This document shows, piece by piece, positions 62,955 through 64,000 of a stretch of DNA of 64,000 nt. The notes under the pieces are model-generated. The model was given only the letters and a program-made list of their open reading frames with translations. It was not told the origin of the DNA and made no database searches. Each line of letters starts with the position of its first letter. The stretch's first letter is position 1. Origin of the DNA: Isurus oxyrinchus. Its lineage: Eukaryota. Both the position numbers and the translations under genes were made by a program. Location of the stretch: NCBI GenBank assembly GCA_026770705.1, contig JANJGN010000039.1, positions 4,340,001 to 4,404,000 of the forward strand, given 5' to 3'.

Positions 62955-63021
62955 ATGCTGATGACATACCATAACTTCGCTAAAATATTCTGCGTGACTC
63001 TTGCCACTATTGGTGTTCCAG
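62955..63021 (+). CDS. Exon 1 of a further GPR139-like GPCR (paralog D; MLMTYHNFAKIFCVTLATIGVP); exon 2 presumably beyond the window
   Basis: gaaaATG, 22 codons + 1 nt, donor CCAG|gtaaat (phase 1). The KIF...IGVP pattern parallels KIFY...LGIP in the 19479-19548 exon. Confidence 0.82.
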
Positions 63022-64000
63022 GTAAATCACTAAAACCACTGAAGTTGTCTAAATCTTTGTGAGCTGCTTTCTTGTTCGTCTTTTTAACTTAAAGCCAAAT
63101 GCTGACCTCTTCGTCACCAATATAAGGATACCGGAGAGGTGATATATATTATTTGGTGCAGTCAAATGTGTTGAATAATCTCTGCGGGTTTATTCTATGT
63201 CCACAACTGATAATAAGCCTCGGCTAGTGACTCACAGACTCGCTGCATTAGAGGGATTTCTTGTACTGCTGAATCCGACCTCCGTGAATGCAATCTCTCT
63301 GAAGGAAGTTGTCGGTGGGAATCACACTGAGTGTACGTTAGTCACCAGAGTGGAATAGCTGACTACATTGCAAACTTATTACTGAGAGTATCTGTAAGTG
63401 TAGATTTGTACAAAGCCGGTAACATGTATTACTCGTGGCATCTTTCAAAGTAGATTATACATGATTGTGGTTCACTAACTAGAATGGAATAGGTGACCCC
63501 AGTGACTATGCATTACTTGGAGTATCTGTCAGTGTTGAATTGTACTGATCATGGATCAATGACTGGAGATTTGGTTCTGTTTGGAAATCATGTATTGCTT
63601 TATTGCCAATGCTCTGTCCGTTTGATTAAGCTCCCTCTGTGTTTTACGAAAATAACAGTCCGAAAGCAGGATATGTTTTGCTGTTGGTTCAACGTGTTTG
63701 CTAAATTGATACATGAAGTGAAATGACTTCATATCGTGTTTTCTGTTTAACGGCTACAAGAAAATTAGCTCTAAATAAATAACTGAGGCTTAACAATAGT
63801 GATTCGAAATTACCATTGAAATGCCAATTGCACAAGTTTATTACTTAGTATTTGTTTCTCATCAATTACATTGTTGCCTTTTTCCTCTGCATTCTCCGTG
63901 CTCCCATTTGGATATGAATGCAATTTTTGAAATTTTCTGTTTTCTTCCAATTCCATATAATTCATGCAAATCGTCAAAGACCTGATCCTTTTGGAACAAC

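Overview
Eukaryotic, repeat-dense DNA, very probably from a cartilaginous fish (shark). This is inferred from the receptor family and repeat families, which I recognise from memory rather than from a search. The genic content is a cluster of two-exon class A orphan GPCR genes of the GPR139/GPR142-like family. It holds a frameshifted pseudogene (1640-2527, -), an apparently intact gene (exon 1 19479-19548 plus exon 2 13098-13975, -, 315 aa), an intact exon 2 whose exon 1 I could not find (38645-39609, -), and a lone exon 1 on the + strand (62955-63021) whose exon 2 presumably lies beyond the window. Most of the remainder is decayed CR1 and L2-like LINEs, Penelope-like elements, SINEs, Gypsy/LTR and Harbinger relics, and minisatellites with units of 18, 23, 30, 33, 39 and 53-54 bp. 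There are three assembly gaps. Almost all short ORFs in the track are spurious or repeat-derived. Repeat boundaries were read by eye and are approximate.
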